Source of the DNA: Vicugna vicugna
Taxonomy: Eukaryota
Assembly (NCBI GenBank): GCA_013265495.1
Contig: MU061578.1
Location: forward strand, 4,413,308-4,477,307
DNA length: 64,000 nucleotides
Direction: 5' to 3'
Numbering within the stretch: position 1 is the stretch's first letter; every line of letters starts with the position of its first letter. Shown here in pieces: positions 52,397-64,000 of the stretch. Position numbers and translations under genes: made by a program. The notes below the pieces were generated by a model, which ran no database searches, was not told the DNA's origin, and was given only the letters and a program-made list of their open reading frames with translations.

Positions 52397-55025
52397 CTGA
52401 TAAAAACACTCAACAATTGGAGATAGAAAGGAATGTCTTCAACAAAGCAAAGGGCATCTATGAAAAACTCACAGCTGGGGGAGGGTATAGCTCAGTGAAA
52501 GAGTGCATGCTTAGCATGCACGCAGTCCTGGGTTCAATCCCCAGTACTTCCATTTAAATAAATAGATAAGTAAATAAACCTAATTACCCCCCATCCCAGC
52601 CTGAATAAAATTAAAAATTAAAAGCCCACAGCCAACATCATACTCAAGGGTGAAAGACTGAATTCTCTCCTCCTAAAGTCAAAAACAAGACAAAAATGCC
52701 CACTCTTACCATTCAGCATTCTATTCAGTGTTGCACTGGAGTTTCTGGCCAATGTAAGTAGGCATGAAAGTGAAATAAAAAGTATCCAAATTAGAAAGGA
52801 AGAACTGAGACTCTCCATTTGCAGATGGCATGGTCTTGTATGTGGAAAATCCTAAGGAATCTACTAAAAATAACTATTAGAATTAATAAATGAATTCAGC
52901 AAGATTGAAGGATATAAAATCAATAGACAAAAATCTATCATATGAACAATCCAAAATGAAATTAAGAAAACAACTCCACACAAAAAAACAATTCCACACA
53001 CACAAAAAAATTCCATTTACAATAATACCAAAAGGATCAAATTAAGAAAAATTAAAAAAAGAAGTACAAAACTCATACTCTAAAAGCTACAGAACATTGT
53101 TGAAAGAAATTAAAGAAATAGAAAGACATGTTCATGGGTTGAATGATTAAATATTGCTAAGATGGCAATACTACCCAAAATGATCTACAGATTTAATGCA
53201 ATCCCTTTCAAAATCCCAACTGGCTTCTTTGCAGAAACTGACAAGCTTGTCCTAAAATTCATATGGAATTATAGGGACCCAGAATAGCCAAAACAATCTT
53301 GAAAAAGAACAAAGTTGGAGGAATCACACTTCCTGACTTCAAAACTTACTACAAAGCTACAATAATCAAAAGTATGGCATTGGCATAAGGCCAGGCATAG
53401 AGATCAATAGTACAGAATTGAGAGTCTAGAAATAAATTCATCCATATATGGTCCATGGATGTTTTGACAAAAGTATGGAGAAATTCTATGAGGAAAGAAC
53501 AGTCCTTTCAAGAAATGGTGCTGAGAAAATCAGATGCTAAAATGCAAAAGAACAAAGTTGGACCCCTTCCTCACACCATATACAGAAATTAACTCAAAAT
53601 GGAACTAAATGTAAACCTAAGAGTTAAAACTATAAAACTCTTGGAAGAAAACTTAGGCATAAATCTTCATAACCTTGGATTAGGCGATGGTTTTTCATAT
53701 TTGGCACCAAAAGCATAAGCAACCAAAAAAAAAAACAGATAATTTGGACTTCATCAAAATTAAAAATCTTTCATTTCAAACGACACCATCCAGAAAGTGA
53801 AAAGACAATCCACAGACTAGGAGGAAATATTTGCAAGTCATATATCTGGTAAGAGACTCATATCTAAACTTTATAAAGAACTATGACAATTTTTAAAATA
53901 ATCAAATGATCGGAATAGACATTTCTCCAAAGAAGACGTACAAAGAAATGGCCAATAAGCACATGAAATCATGCTCTACATCAGTGGTCATCAAGGAAAT
54001 GCAAATCAAAACCACAATGGAAAAAAAAAACCCACAATGAGATATTGCTTCACACCCACTAGGATGGCTACAATCAAAATTTCAGATAAAACAAGAGTTC
54101 ACGAGGATACAGAGAAAGTGGAAACTTTATATACTGCCAGTGGGAATGTAAAATGGTGTAGCCACTTTGGAAAACAGTCTGACAGTTCCTCTGATGATTA
54201 AGTATAATTACTGTATGATGCGGCAATACCACTTCTAAGAGTATACACCAGAAAAGTGAAAGCGATTATGTACACAAAAACTTGCACACAAATGTTCACA
54301 GCTGCAGCATTCGTCGTAGCCAAAAAGTAGAAGCAACCCAAATGTCCTTCAACCGTTGAATGCATTAGCAAAATGTAGCCACATGATGGATTTTATTTAG
54401 TCATGAAAAGGAATGAATCTAGCAACCTATGATGAAAAAGAATATGAGTTGAGGGTAGGGGAGTATATATGTGTGGGTGGGGAGGTCTATGTGGGAACTC
54501 TGTATTTTCTGCTCAATTCTGCTGTGAATGAAACTGCTCTAAAAAAAACTAAGTCTATTAAAAAAATAGATAAGAAAATGAATATATGTATGTATGTGTA
54601 TGACTAAAACATTACGCTGCACACCAGAAATTTACACAACATTGTAAACTGAGTATACCTCAACTTAAAAAATTAATTAATTTTAAAAAAAGGAATGAAA
54701 CGCTGACACAGGCTGCAAGATAGATGAACCTTGAAAACACAATGCTCAGTGAAAGAAGCCAGACAAAAAAGGTCGTCTATTGTATGAATCCATTTATATA
54801 ATATATTCAGAATAACCAAATCCATAGAAATAGAAAGTAGACTGGTGGTTCTTTGGCCGTTTCCAGGGGCTAGTGAGCAGGAAAAAGAGAGTGATTGCTA
54901 GTGGGTACAAGGATTTTTTGTGGGGGAAGGGATGATGAAAATATTCTAAAACTGATCATGCTGATGGATGCACAGCTCTCTGAATACACTAAAAACACTG
55001 AAACGCATGCTTTCAATGGGTGAAC
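52397..55025 (+). mobile_element. Old L1 (about 2.6 kb; decayed ORF2 RT region to 3' UTR) with nested insertions
   Basis: Continuous L1 homology (gccaacatcatactcaagggtgaaagactg; tttgcagatggcatg; atctacagatttaatgcaatccct), with nested elements at 52477 and 54418. Confidence 0.9.
52477..52620 (+). mobile_element. vic-1-type SINE nested in L1
   Basis: SINE body flanked by aaaactcacagc / aaagcccacagc. Confidence 0.88.
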
Positions 55026-55536
55026 ACAAAAGCAGATATGAGAAGCCAGCTGCCTCTGGAGTCTGAGGCCAAATAGTAAAAAGAGTTGCCAAGATGTAAA
55101 ACAAAACCAGTGTTCTTGCTAACTCTTCTTGTTTGTTTTGGAAATTCAAGTAATTTTTCATAAAGCATGCTATTTATGTTAACATCTAATGGATTTATTA
55201 CTGTTATTTTTAACTGAGTGCGTAAATAAATATTTAAAATTTCTCTCGAGTGGAATTTCTAATATAATAAATAGCAATGGATATACCCAGGACTGGCTGA
55301 TGACTGTGTAATCTTTGTGATCACACAGGGCCTCACGCTCAGAAGGACCCCACACTTGGCCTCATGCTCTGTTGGCTTAAATTTCTTAGTAATCTTATCT
55401 TCAAACTTGCATTTTATAAGTGAAGTCCAGTGGGGCACTAGAGCATGTGCTGGGACCTGGACTCTCAGCACACAGGGTGCCTCCCCGCACCTCACCGCCT
55501 ACCTCGGGCACCCACTGCCCAGCCTGGGCCTGCCCA

Positions 55537-56296
55537 CAAGGCTGCCAGATAAAATACAGTTCCCACCAATTCGAATTTCAGATAAACGAAGAAAACATCC
55601 TACGTGTAAGTACAGTCGGTCCTCTGTATACGCGGGTGCCACATCCACAGACTCAACCAACCATGAATTGAAAATATTAAAAAAGAAACCAAAAAATCCA
55701 GGAAGTTCCTAAAAGCAAAACTTGAATTTGCTGTGCTGACAGCTGTTTACATAGCATTTACATTGTATTAGTTATTATAAGTAATCTAGAGATGATTTAA
55801 AGCATACAGAAGACAAAAGCCATCAGGGAGTTCGGGTTTTCTGAGCAGGAGCCGCCTGTCCGCCTTGCTTGGCCCTGCAATAAACCTTTCTCTGCTCCAA
55901 AAATAAATAAATAGATAAATGAATAAATGAATAAATAAATAAATAAATAAAGTATACGGGGGATATGAAAAAGAATACATATATATAAAACTGAATCACT
56001 AGGCTGCACACCAAAAACTAACACAATATTGTAAGCCAACTAAACTTCAATTATTATAATAATCATAATAATAATAACCTATCTTGAAACAAAGAAAGGA
56101 TACAGAGGACGTGCATAAGGGACTTGAGGGTCTGTGGATTTTGGTATCCTGGGGGTCCTGAAACCAATCTCTCATGGGTAGGACGGATGCTCTATGTCCC
56201 CAAAATTACTTGGGACATATTTATGCTAAAGAATTATCTGTTGTTTATCCAAAATTCAAATTCAATTGGGCATCCTGTATTTTCGTTTGCTAAATA
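55537..56296. mobile_element. MER53 interrupted by a Tigger3/MER2-like element (about 55612-56194), itself interrupted by two retro-insertions
   Basis: MER53 left arm gctgccagataaaatacag... and right arm ...gggcatcctgtattttcgtttgctaaa. The Tigger element starts ta|cagtcggtcctctgtatacgcggg. Confidence 0.8.
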
Positions 56297-57416
56297 AAAA
56301 CCCTCCGCACCCAGCACCCTGCTTCCCAAACTTCAGGTACCCAGAGACTGAGTCACGTTTGCAAGGTAGATGGGTGTTCTGCATCGTCTCCACCCCCAAA
56401 TGAGGGAAGGGTCAGGGTCAGGCTAAGCTTCTCACGTTGGGGCATGGCAGTCCTACCCCAAGACACACTCCTGGAAGGTGTGAGCCTCTTGCCTACGTCC
56501 ATCCAGGTACCTGTGCGGCCAGGTATGGCAAGTTAACTAACTATCCTTAGAGGTTGCCTAGCCACCATGGCTTGAGCAGGTCCGTGAGAAAGAGCTGCCT
56601 GGCTTAGATCACCCTGGCCAGGCCACGGTGAGGTACGTTGTTCCTGGGGCTTGTGGGAGGGGCCCCTTCAGGCTGGAGCATGTGCGTCCACCTGTGTGAG
56701 TCACCCAGCCTGGGAGCCCATGAGGGTCCTTGGCCCAGGAAGTGCTGCCTCGGGCCAGCCCTACACCTTTCTTCCTCCTTCCAGACTTCCTGGCTCTGAG
56801 TCGCATTTGTGTCTGGACCCTCTGGGGACAAGCTAAAGAATACAAATCATGTAATTTCAGTGGTTCTGAACACCAGCTAAATGCTCTCAGAGTGCATTGA
56901 AACGGGCATTGCAGGATATAAAGATGGATGGTAAAAATCATCCTAATATTTAAATTTAAGTTCTTTTCTTTACTTAGAATGACAGTAAATAGCAAATAAA
57001 ATCACTATGACACTTTGAGTGCATGCATACAAGCCAGAGAGAGAGACTGTGGGAAAAAAAGGTAAAGCTTTCATTTTAGTACCTTTAACAGCAATGTCTT
57101 CCTGCTTTTTGAAAAAGGGATCCCACATTCTCATTCTGCACCAGGCCCAAAGAATTATGTAGCTAGCCCTGGATTTACTCCACACATGAACAAAGGCTCT
57201 TTGGTGTCTTCAATAATTCTTAAGAGTGTGAAAGGAGTTCTGAAACCAAAAAGTTTGAGAACTGCTGTCCTAAGAGCCTAAGAGCCTTCCAACCTCAGGA
57301 CCTTTGCATATGCTGTTCTCTCTGCCAGAAAAAGTGTCTTCTTTCTACCTGTTCTTCCTCCCATTTTTCAAGTCTCTACCCAAAGTCACCTTCTCAGGGG
57401 ACTGTCCCTAAGTCCT

Positions 57417-57851
57417 TGTATTTGCTTCCTGTTGCTGCTGTAACAAATGTATTCTCTGATGGTGTTGGAGGCCAGAAGTCTAAAATCAATGTGTCCATAG
57501 GGCTGGTTCCTTATGGAGACTCTAGAGGAAACTCCATTGCCTTGGCCTTCCTGGATTCTAGAGGCACCCGTATTCCTTGGCTTGTGGCCCCTTCCTTGCA
57601 TCATTCAGATTTTTGCTTCCATCCTCACATCTCCTCTGACTCTGTGCCTCCTGGCTTTCTCATGAACACCCTTTGATGACATTGGACTACCAGGATAATT
57701 AAGGATCATCTCCCTTCTCTAGAACTCAATCTCCGCATCTCTTTAACTGAATCCTAACAGCAAAGCCCCTTTTACCCAATAAGGGACATAATCACAGGTT
57801 CTAGAGTTTAGGTGATAGACATCTTTGGGGACCATGATTCAGTTGACCACA
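57417..57851 (-). mobile_element. MaLR MLT1 LTR
   Basis: gttgctgctgtaacaaat...ggaggccagaagtctaaaatc...tcacaggttctagagtttagg. Confidence 0.8.
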
Positions 57852-58929
57852 GTCACCCCTCGGAATTCCTCCCCATTTCTGGCCCTTAGCAAATTGTGTG
57901 TGCCTGGGGTGCCTATTTGTTTATTGTCTGTCTCCCTCCCACAGAGACCCTGCAGGGACCCAGCCAGGCAGGGACCACTACTGCTGTGTTCAAAAGGCAC
58001 CTCCAGAGCCTGGCACACTGCCTGGTATGTTGTGCGTGCTAGGCACATATTTGTGGAATGATCAAAGTAAAGTTTCTCTGTGAAAACAGCAGCCAACAAG
58101 CCCTCCTCGGGCATATCCAAGTGGCAGATGAAGAAGGCAGGCGAGGGTGGGGGTGGTTCCAGGGTCACATGTCTTGTCTGATGGGCCAGTACACCTCCCA
58201 GGACAAACTCTTTCCCTTTGCTTCCTAGTCCTTGCCTATGTCTTTTCTCCCTACTCATGGATGACCAAGGGGAGTGATGCTCTGCTGTGCAGGAACCATG
58301 GTCCGCCTGCCCTAGAAGATGACTGTTACCCACTCTCTGCATCGAGATACAGGGATGTGGACCAAAGAATGGGCAGGTGGGCCAGAGTGTCCAGGCGTCC
58401 CTGGGCACGGCATCCATGGGAGAGCCGGCCACCGCCCTGGTCTACTGTGTTGCTATCGCCACTGTCAAATTAATCCACTCTCTCCAAGAGCTTTCCCTGG
58501 CAGGGTTAAAGCAAAAGTCTCTTGCCCAAGGAGAGCCAAGCCAGTGTCCAGAGGCCCTCAGAGCAGAAGGGCATCTGGAAAAAGTGCTCAGGAAGTGGAG
58601 GCCAAGTGGGTACAACATAGTGGTAAAACTAGTGCACGGCGGGGAAGACAGGCCTGTGTTCATTCCCTGCAGACAAATCCATCTTCCCTGCATTCGCACC
58701 CTTGATAGAGGGTGTGGTCAGTCTATACCCTGCACTTCCTCCAAAGAGGATGCTCGACCCTGTACCCACCACCATCCTTGCCTGTACACCCACCACTCAG
58801 ACCAAGGGGGCTTCGGGGAACTAGATCATCATGCCAAGAAGAAGGCTGACAGATCTGTGCTCATCTTCATCTTTGTTCAAAGTTGCCTGAACTTGGAGCT
58901 GAAAGAAAGAGGGACTTCCCCCACACCAC

Positions 58930-58930
<1 letters not shown>

Positions 58931-58965
<35 letters not shown>
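58931..58965 (+). repeat. Pure poly(A), 35 nt
   Basis: Uninterrupted A run. Confidence 0.95.
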
Positions 58966-58967
<2 letters not shown>

Positions 58968-59550
58968 AAAGAGAAAGAACAAGAGAAACTGCATAGACAG
59001 GAAATGGAGAGTCGACTCAGAGGGGCTTTGCGATTTAAATGCCCACACCTGGTGCCTGGTGAGACTTGCTGCATTTTACGAAACAAGACTTCCCCTCTCA
59101 CTCTCTCAGAATTAGGATGCAGCTTTGATTTTTTGTGTGGTATTGTGGGGAAGAGGTGCTTGAGCCACCCTTGTTCTCCTGGCGACCCTTGGCCAGGGCA
59201 GGGGACAGGATGTGAATGCAGGAGGGGCATAGGTGAATTCTGATTCACAGCCATGCCCAGCCACTCCCACTCCCCACCAGCCACTGCCCTGTCTTACTTC
59301 CAGAAAGCCCAGCTCCCACCTCCTCCTGGAAGCCTTTGCTGCAGTGACCCTCTGCCCTCATCCTATACCTCCCTGATCTGGTGGCATTCCTTTGGGCCCC
59401 ATATACCCCTCAGTATCCTGAGAGGGTAAGAGGTCAGGCTCTGGGGCAGACTCATCTGAGCTGAAGTCTTGGCCACAGCTGTGTGAGCTTCTGTGGGTCA
59501 CTTGTTTCCACAGAGCCTCAGTTTTCTCATCTGTAAAATGTGAACAGTGG

Positions 59551-60308
59551 CTACTCAGCCATAAAAAATAATAAAACAATGCCATTTGCTGCAACTTAGA
59601 TGGACCAGGAGACTGTCATTCTAAATGAAGTAAGCCAGAAAGAGAAAGACAAATACCATATGATATCACTTACGTGTGGAATCTGGAGAAAAAAAAAAAA
59701 AGACAAACTTATTTACAAAACAGAAACAGACTCACAGACATAGAAAACAAACTTATGGTTACCAGAGAGGGGTGGGGGGTGGGAAGGGATAAACTGAGAG
59801 CTCAAGATTTGCAGATACTGACTATTATATATAAAACAGATAAACAACAAGTTTATACTGTATAGCACAGGGAACTATATTCAATATCTTGTAGTATCTT
59901 ATGGTTAAAAAGAATATGAAAACGAATATATGTATGTTCCTAGATGACTGAATTATTGTGCTGTACACCAGAAACTGACACAACATTGTAAACTGACCTT
60001 ACATCAATAAAAATATATTAAAAATAAAAATTTAAAAAAGAAAACAAACCTATGGTTACCAAAGGGGAAAGGGTGGGGAGGGATAAATTGGGAGTTTGGA
60101 ATTAGCAGATACAAACTACTATATATAGAAGAGATAAACAGCAAGGTCCCACTGTATAGCACAGGAAATTATATTCAATAACTTGTAATAACCTATAATG
60201 AAAAAAAATATGAAAGAGTATATATATAACTATATCACTGTGCTGTACACCAGAAACTAACACATTATAAATCAACTATACTTCAATTTTTTACAAAAGG
60301 GAAAAAAG
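59551..60308 (+). mobile_element. Two tandem lineage-specific L1 3' UTR segments inside a MIR
   Basis: Two copies of gaaaacaaac(t/c)tatggttacca...tgtacaccagaaact. MIR text cctcagttttctcatctgtaaaatg precedes them; gaacagtgg / gaacaatgg flank them. Confidence 0.88.
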
Positions 60309-61454
60309 AGGAACAATGGTTACACCCATCTCATGAAGTCATTTAAGGTTGCAGCAAGACATTCTACACATCCCAGAGGAATGATGGGCGTGCGGGAAGC
60401 ATCCAGTCACCAGCATCCCCAGTTGCATCATCATCAGCCACACCACCGTTCATCAGTACGACGGGTGCCAGTTATCACACTGTTGGCCTCACCAGGTTTC
60501 TCAGCTGAGTTTCAGGCTGGAAGGAGGCAAGCCAGTCTGGCCCTGGGAGCTGGAGTCAGGCTTTCCCTGGAGGAGAGCAGAGAGGGCCAGCAGAGCAATC
60601 TCAGGGAAGGCAGCCATCAAGGTGTGGACGGGCACCAGGACAGACAGCCGGACTTCCAACAGCCCCACGAGGGTCTCCATTCCTCAGGGCTTACTGGCAT
60701 CAGCAGCACAACAGAGGAAGTCCAGCCAGGACACTGCTCTGAGGGTCTCTGCCCACAGAGCCCATGGAGAGGGGGCTTCTTACAGCAACTGCATTGCCGA
60801 CCTGCAGCTGTCCCCCTGAGGCCTTTTCTCCAGGGCTTCCTGCCCCTCAGCCTTTTTCTGCCCTCTTTATAGGAGGGAACACATCTAGAGGTCCACTGGG
60901 CATCTATGGCATTGGTCTCCACGGAGCAGTGTAGGGGAGGCAGAGACGGAATGAGCTGCAGTTCTGCCCTGGAGCACCCGCCTTCCATTGGAACAAGGCA
61001 CACAAACCTCAAATGAGCTGTGATTGAGGCACATGACCAAGTTTTGAGAAGAAGGCCAAGTCTGCTTCTCTGTGCCAGCCTGGGGGCCGTAGGGGTGTGC
61101 AAGGCTGCAGCCCCAGCCCAGCATTAGAATCACCCGCATTGCATCTAACTCGCATTGTTCTCAGTTGTGCAGAAACCCACCGCCCTACAGACTTGCTGAA
61201 TTTCAGAGTCTGTAGGGACCTGAGATCCCCAGGTGTGTGTGAGCAGCCAGACCTGGAAAGCCTGGGAGATCCTGCCTGACAGCAGCAGGGGGCTGGGCCC
61301 CTAAGAGAGGATGCCCAATAGGTGGATACAGAGCCAGTCAAGGGCAGTAAGGTCACTGCTTCCCCCCCAGACACCAGCCTGTGACAGCTCATCTCATGCC
61401 TCAGAGCCCCTGAGCAAAGATAAATCCTGGGGTCACAGCTTCAGAGTCTGGCAT

Positions 61455-62035
61455 CAGAGTGATGGTCCCCCTCAAGATGTCCACATCCTAATCCCTGGAA
61501 CCTGTAAATATGTACCTTATGTGGCAAAAGGGACTCTGCTGATGGGATTAAGATAAGGATTTGGGGATGGGAGAGAATCCTGGATTAGCCAGGTGGGCCC
61601 AATGTCATCACAAGAGTCCTTAAAAGTAGAGACCTTTTCCCAGCTGCCATCAGAGACATACGACAATTCAAGTAAGCTCAAAGGCATGAGAAAGACTCAG
61701 CCCATTGTTTCTGGCTTTGAAGATGGAGGAAGGGCCAGGAGCCAAGGAATGAAGGCACCTCCAGAAGATGGGAATGGCCCTCAGCTGACAGCCAGCACAG
61801 AAATGGGAACCTCAGTCCTACAACCACAAGGAACTGAATTCTGCCAATCATCTGAGCAGGAAACAGACTCTCCCCTGTATCCTCCAGTTGGAACACTGCC
61901 CTGCCCACACCTTGATTTTACTGGTGATATCTATGATGGACTTCTGACCTCCATAACTGTAAGATAGTCCACGTGCATTGCTTTCAGACACAGGGGTGTG
62001 GTGACTTGCTAAGGCAGGGATAGGAAGTGAATACT
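61455..62035 (+). mobile_element. MaLR MLT1D-like LTR
   Basis: aagatgtccacatcctaatccctggaacctgtaaatatgtacctta...ggacttctgacctccataactgtaagata. Confidence 0.88.
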
Positions 62036-62221
62036 AGATTCCTTCTTGCACTGCCCCTTAGCCGCTTCATGCCTCTCTCCCACATTCAGGACACACTTGG
62101 TTACTGAGGCCCCACCATGTCCCCCCTCCCCCAACCCATGCAGGCAGCCCCCACCCAGGGCTGACCCACTTCCTGGCCCCACGCAGGAGAGGGGAAGTGC
62201 CAATTCTTTTTCTCTGATCCT

Positions 62222-62663
62222 ATGCTAGTGTCCTGGGGCTGCAGTCACAAAGGATCTCAAACCGGGTGGCTTAAAACAACAGAGGTTTATTTTCTCACAG
62301 CTGAGGAAGCCAAAAGTCTGAAATCAAGTTGTAAGCAGGGCTGGGATCCTTTTGGAAGCTCTAGGAGAGGATCCTTCCTGCCTCTTCCAGCTGCTGGTGT
62401 TGCCGGCCATCCTTGGTGTTTCTTGGCCTCGCTCCTGTCTCTGCTCCCATCGCCACAAGGCCATCTTCGCTGTGTGTCTCTCTGCATCCTCACCACTTAA
62501 GAGGACACCAGTCATTGGATTTAGGGCGCACCCTTATCCAGGATGCTAGCATATCAAAATCTTTAACTAATTGTCTCTGCAATGACCCTATTTCCAAGTA
62601 AATCACAGTCACAGGTTCAGACTGTACATGAATTTGGAGGAGATGCTATTCAACCCACTACAG
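62222..62663 (-). mobile_element. MaLR MLT1 LTR
   Basis: gggtggcttaaaacaacagagg...aggacaccagtcattggatttaggg...attcaacccactaca. Confidence 0.85.
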
Positions 62664-63470
62664 ACCCCTTGCCCAGGTAAGCTCCTGTGGCCTCACTTCC
62701 CATCCGCTGGGGCAGAAGCCTTCCAGGGAGTCTTGGTTCCAGCCTCAGTTCCCCTCTTGTTCCTGTTCAGGGCTGTGACAAGTGGACCTCGGACCCTGAG
62801 GAATGAGTTCCGCCTGAATCACATCAAGAGCATCACAGGACTAGAATCACCCCCAGAAAAGTTCCTGGGGGCAGCACGTACCCTTATACAACCCCTCCAG
62901 CTACTGCCTGGAGAGAACACAGGCCATTCCCACCGCTGTCTGCCAGCTGCAGCTTGATGCTGCCACAGGAAGGGGCCCAGGGCACTGTCATCAGGTTTGG
63001 GATTTCTTCGCCCTGGTGTTCCTCCCCTTACTCAACCTGTCCTCTAGACCAGAGGTTCTTCAGGGTGGATGGGGACTCTGGAAGGACCACGTACATCTTC
63101 CCCATGCCCCCAGGAACCTGTGTCTCAAAGCATCTGTGTTTACAACGGGACAGGGACTACATGTTTGCCTCCGGCAGGAATTAAAATTGAGCCTATGAAA
63201 CCTAATAAAAACCAGACTGCACCCCACAGGGTCTTAACCAGAGTGGCGCCAGGCTTCCCAGTCCTTCTGGAGAAGGGTGGTAGGTAACTGACCTGGGAGA
63301 GCCGCCCACCCATGCGGGCCCATGGGCAGGAACCATGAGTAGAAGACAAATCACCATCTTGGAGTTTCCGGAATCTTCTCTACTCTTCATTGTCCCGAAA
63401 GTGAGGGTGGCATGAACCTCGCCTGAGCCCTGCTCCTCTCTTCCAGAATATGCCTCCTGCTTGGCCCACC

Positions 63471-63835
63471 CTGTGGTATTCATTTTCTGTGCTGACCAAC
63501 AAATGACCACAAATTCAGCAACTTAACGCAGCCCCTCACAATTTCTGTGAGTGGGGAGCGGGCACAGCTTAGCTCAAGGTCAGTCAGGGTAGGGTCTCAT
63601 CTGAGGTCCGGAGACCCCTCTCAAGTTCCATGATGGTTGGCAGAATTCATTTCTTTGCATTTGTAGGACAGAGGTCCCTGTTTTCTCGCTGGCTGTTGGT
63701 CGGGACCCTTAGATCTGGGGGCGGACTGGGTTCCTTTCCACATGGACCTCGTAGGTCCATCACAATGCACTGTTGGCTTCCTTCCAGGCAGGCAAGGGGA
63801 CCCTCTCTGACTTGTTCTGTATCTTCCTTCTAGAC
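63471..63835 (-). mobile_element. MaLR MLT1 LTR fragment
   Basis: aacaaatgaccacaaattcagcaacttaa...ggttggcagaattcatttcttt. Confidence 0.7.
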
Positions 63836-63839
63836 CACC

Positions 63840-64000
63840 TGTTGTGGACTGAATGTTTGTGCCCCCACAAAATTCGTGTGGAAATCCTAACCTCCCCAGG
63901 TGATAGTATTAGGAGGTGGGGCCTTTGGAGTGATTAGGTCATGAGCGTGCAGCCTCACAAATGAGATTAGTGCCCTTCTGAGAAGAGACACTGCTGCGTG
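63840..64000 (+). mobile_element. MaLR MLT1A-like LTR (runs off the window)
   Basis: tgttgtggactgaatgtttgtgccccc...gtgatagtattaggaggtggggcctttgg. Confidence 0.85.

Noticed and set aside
58377..59243. 288-aa ORF with poly-Lys
   Set aside because: It has a non-ATG start, runs through a genomic poly(A) tract, and shows no homology or exon structure.
60333..61392. Cluster of 127-179 aa ORFs in GC-richer DNA
   Set aside because: No recognisable protein similarity (including to HS3ST6) and no consistent splice structure.
1..64000. CRISPR arrays, operons or other prokaryote-type systems
   Set aside because: The sequence is mammalian intronic and intergenic DNA with no repeat-spacer periodicity.

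Overview
Mammalian genomic DNA, very probably camelid: it carries about eleven tRNA-Ala-derived vic-1-type SINEs. The left 14.4 kb holds the 5' part of MEIOB (meiosis-specific OB-fold ssDNA-binding protein) on the minus strand. This comprises a CpG-island promoter with a probable non-coding first exon (about 14.0-14.2 kb) and four coding exons (8771-8703, 7104-7047, 3539-3408, 1681-1609) that splice in frame. The rest of the gene lies left of the window. The other 50 kb is gene-free and repeat-rich: L1 3' fragments, ERV and MaLR solo LTRs, Tigger and hAT DNA transposons, MIR and L2. I see no new multi-gene system. The best leads are: (1) an atypical GCTGAGT donor after the second MEIOB coding exon; (2) a phase-matched, stop-free 204-nt candidate cassette exon in the following intron; (3) an unidentified TSD-flanked 348-bp retro-insertion; (4) several nested or chimeric retroposition events. 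Repeat family names and orthologue comparisons come from my recall of consensus sequences, not from a search. Repeat boundaries are approximate unless a TSD is given.
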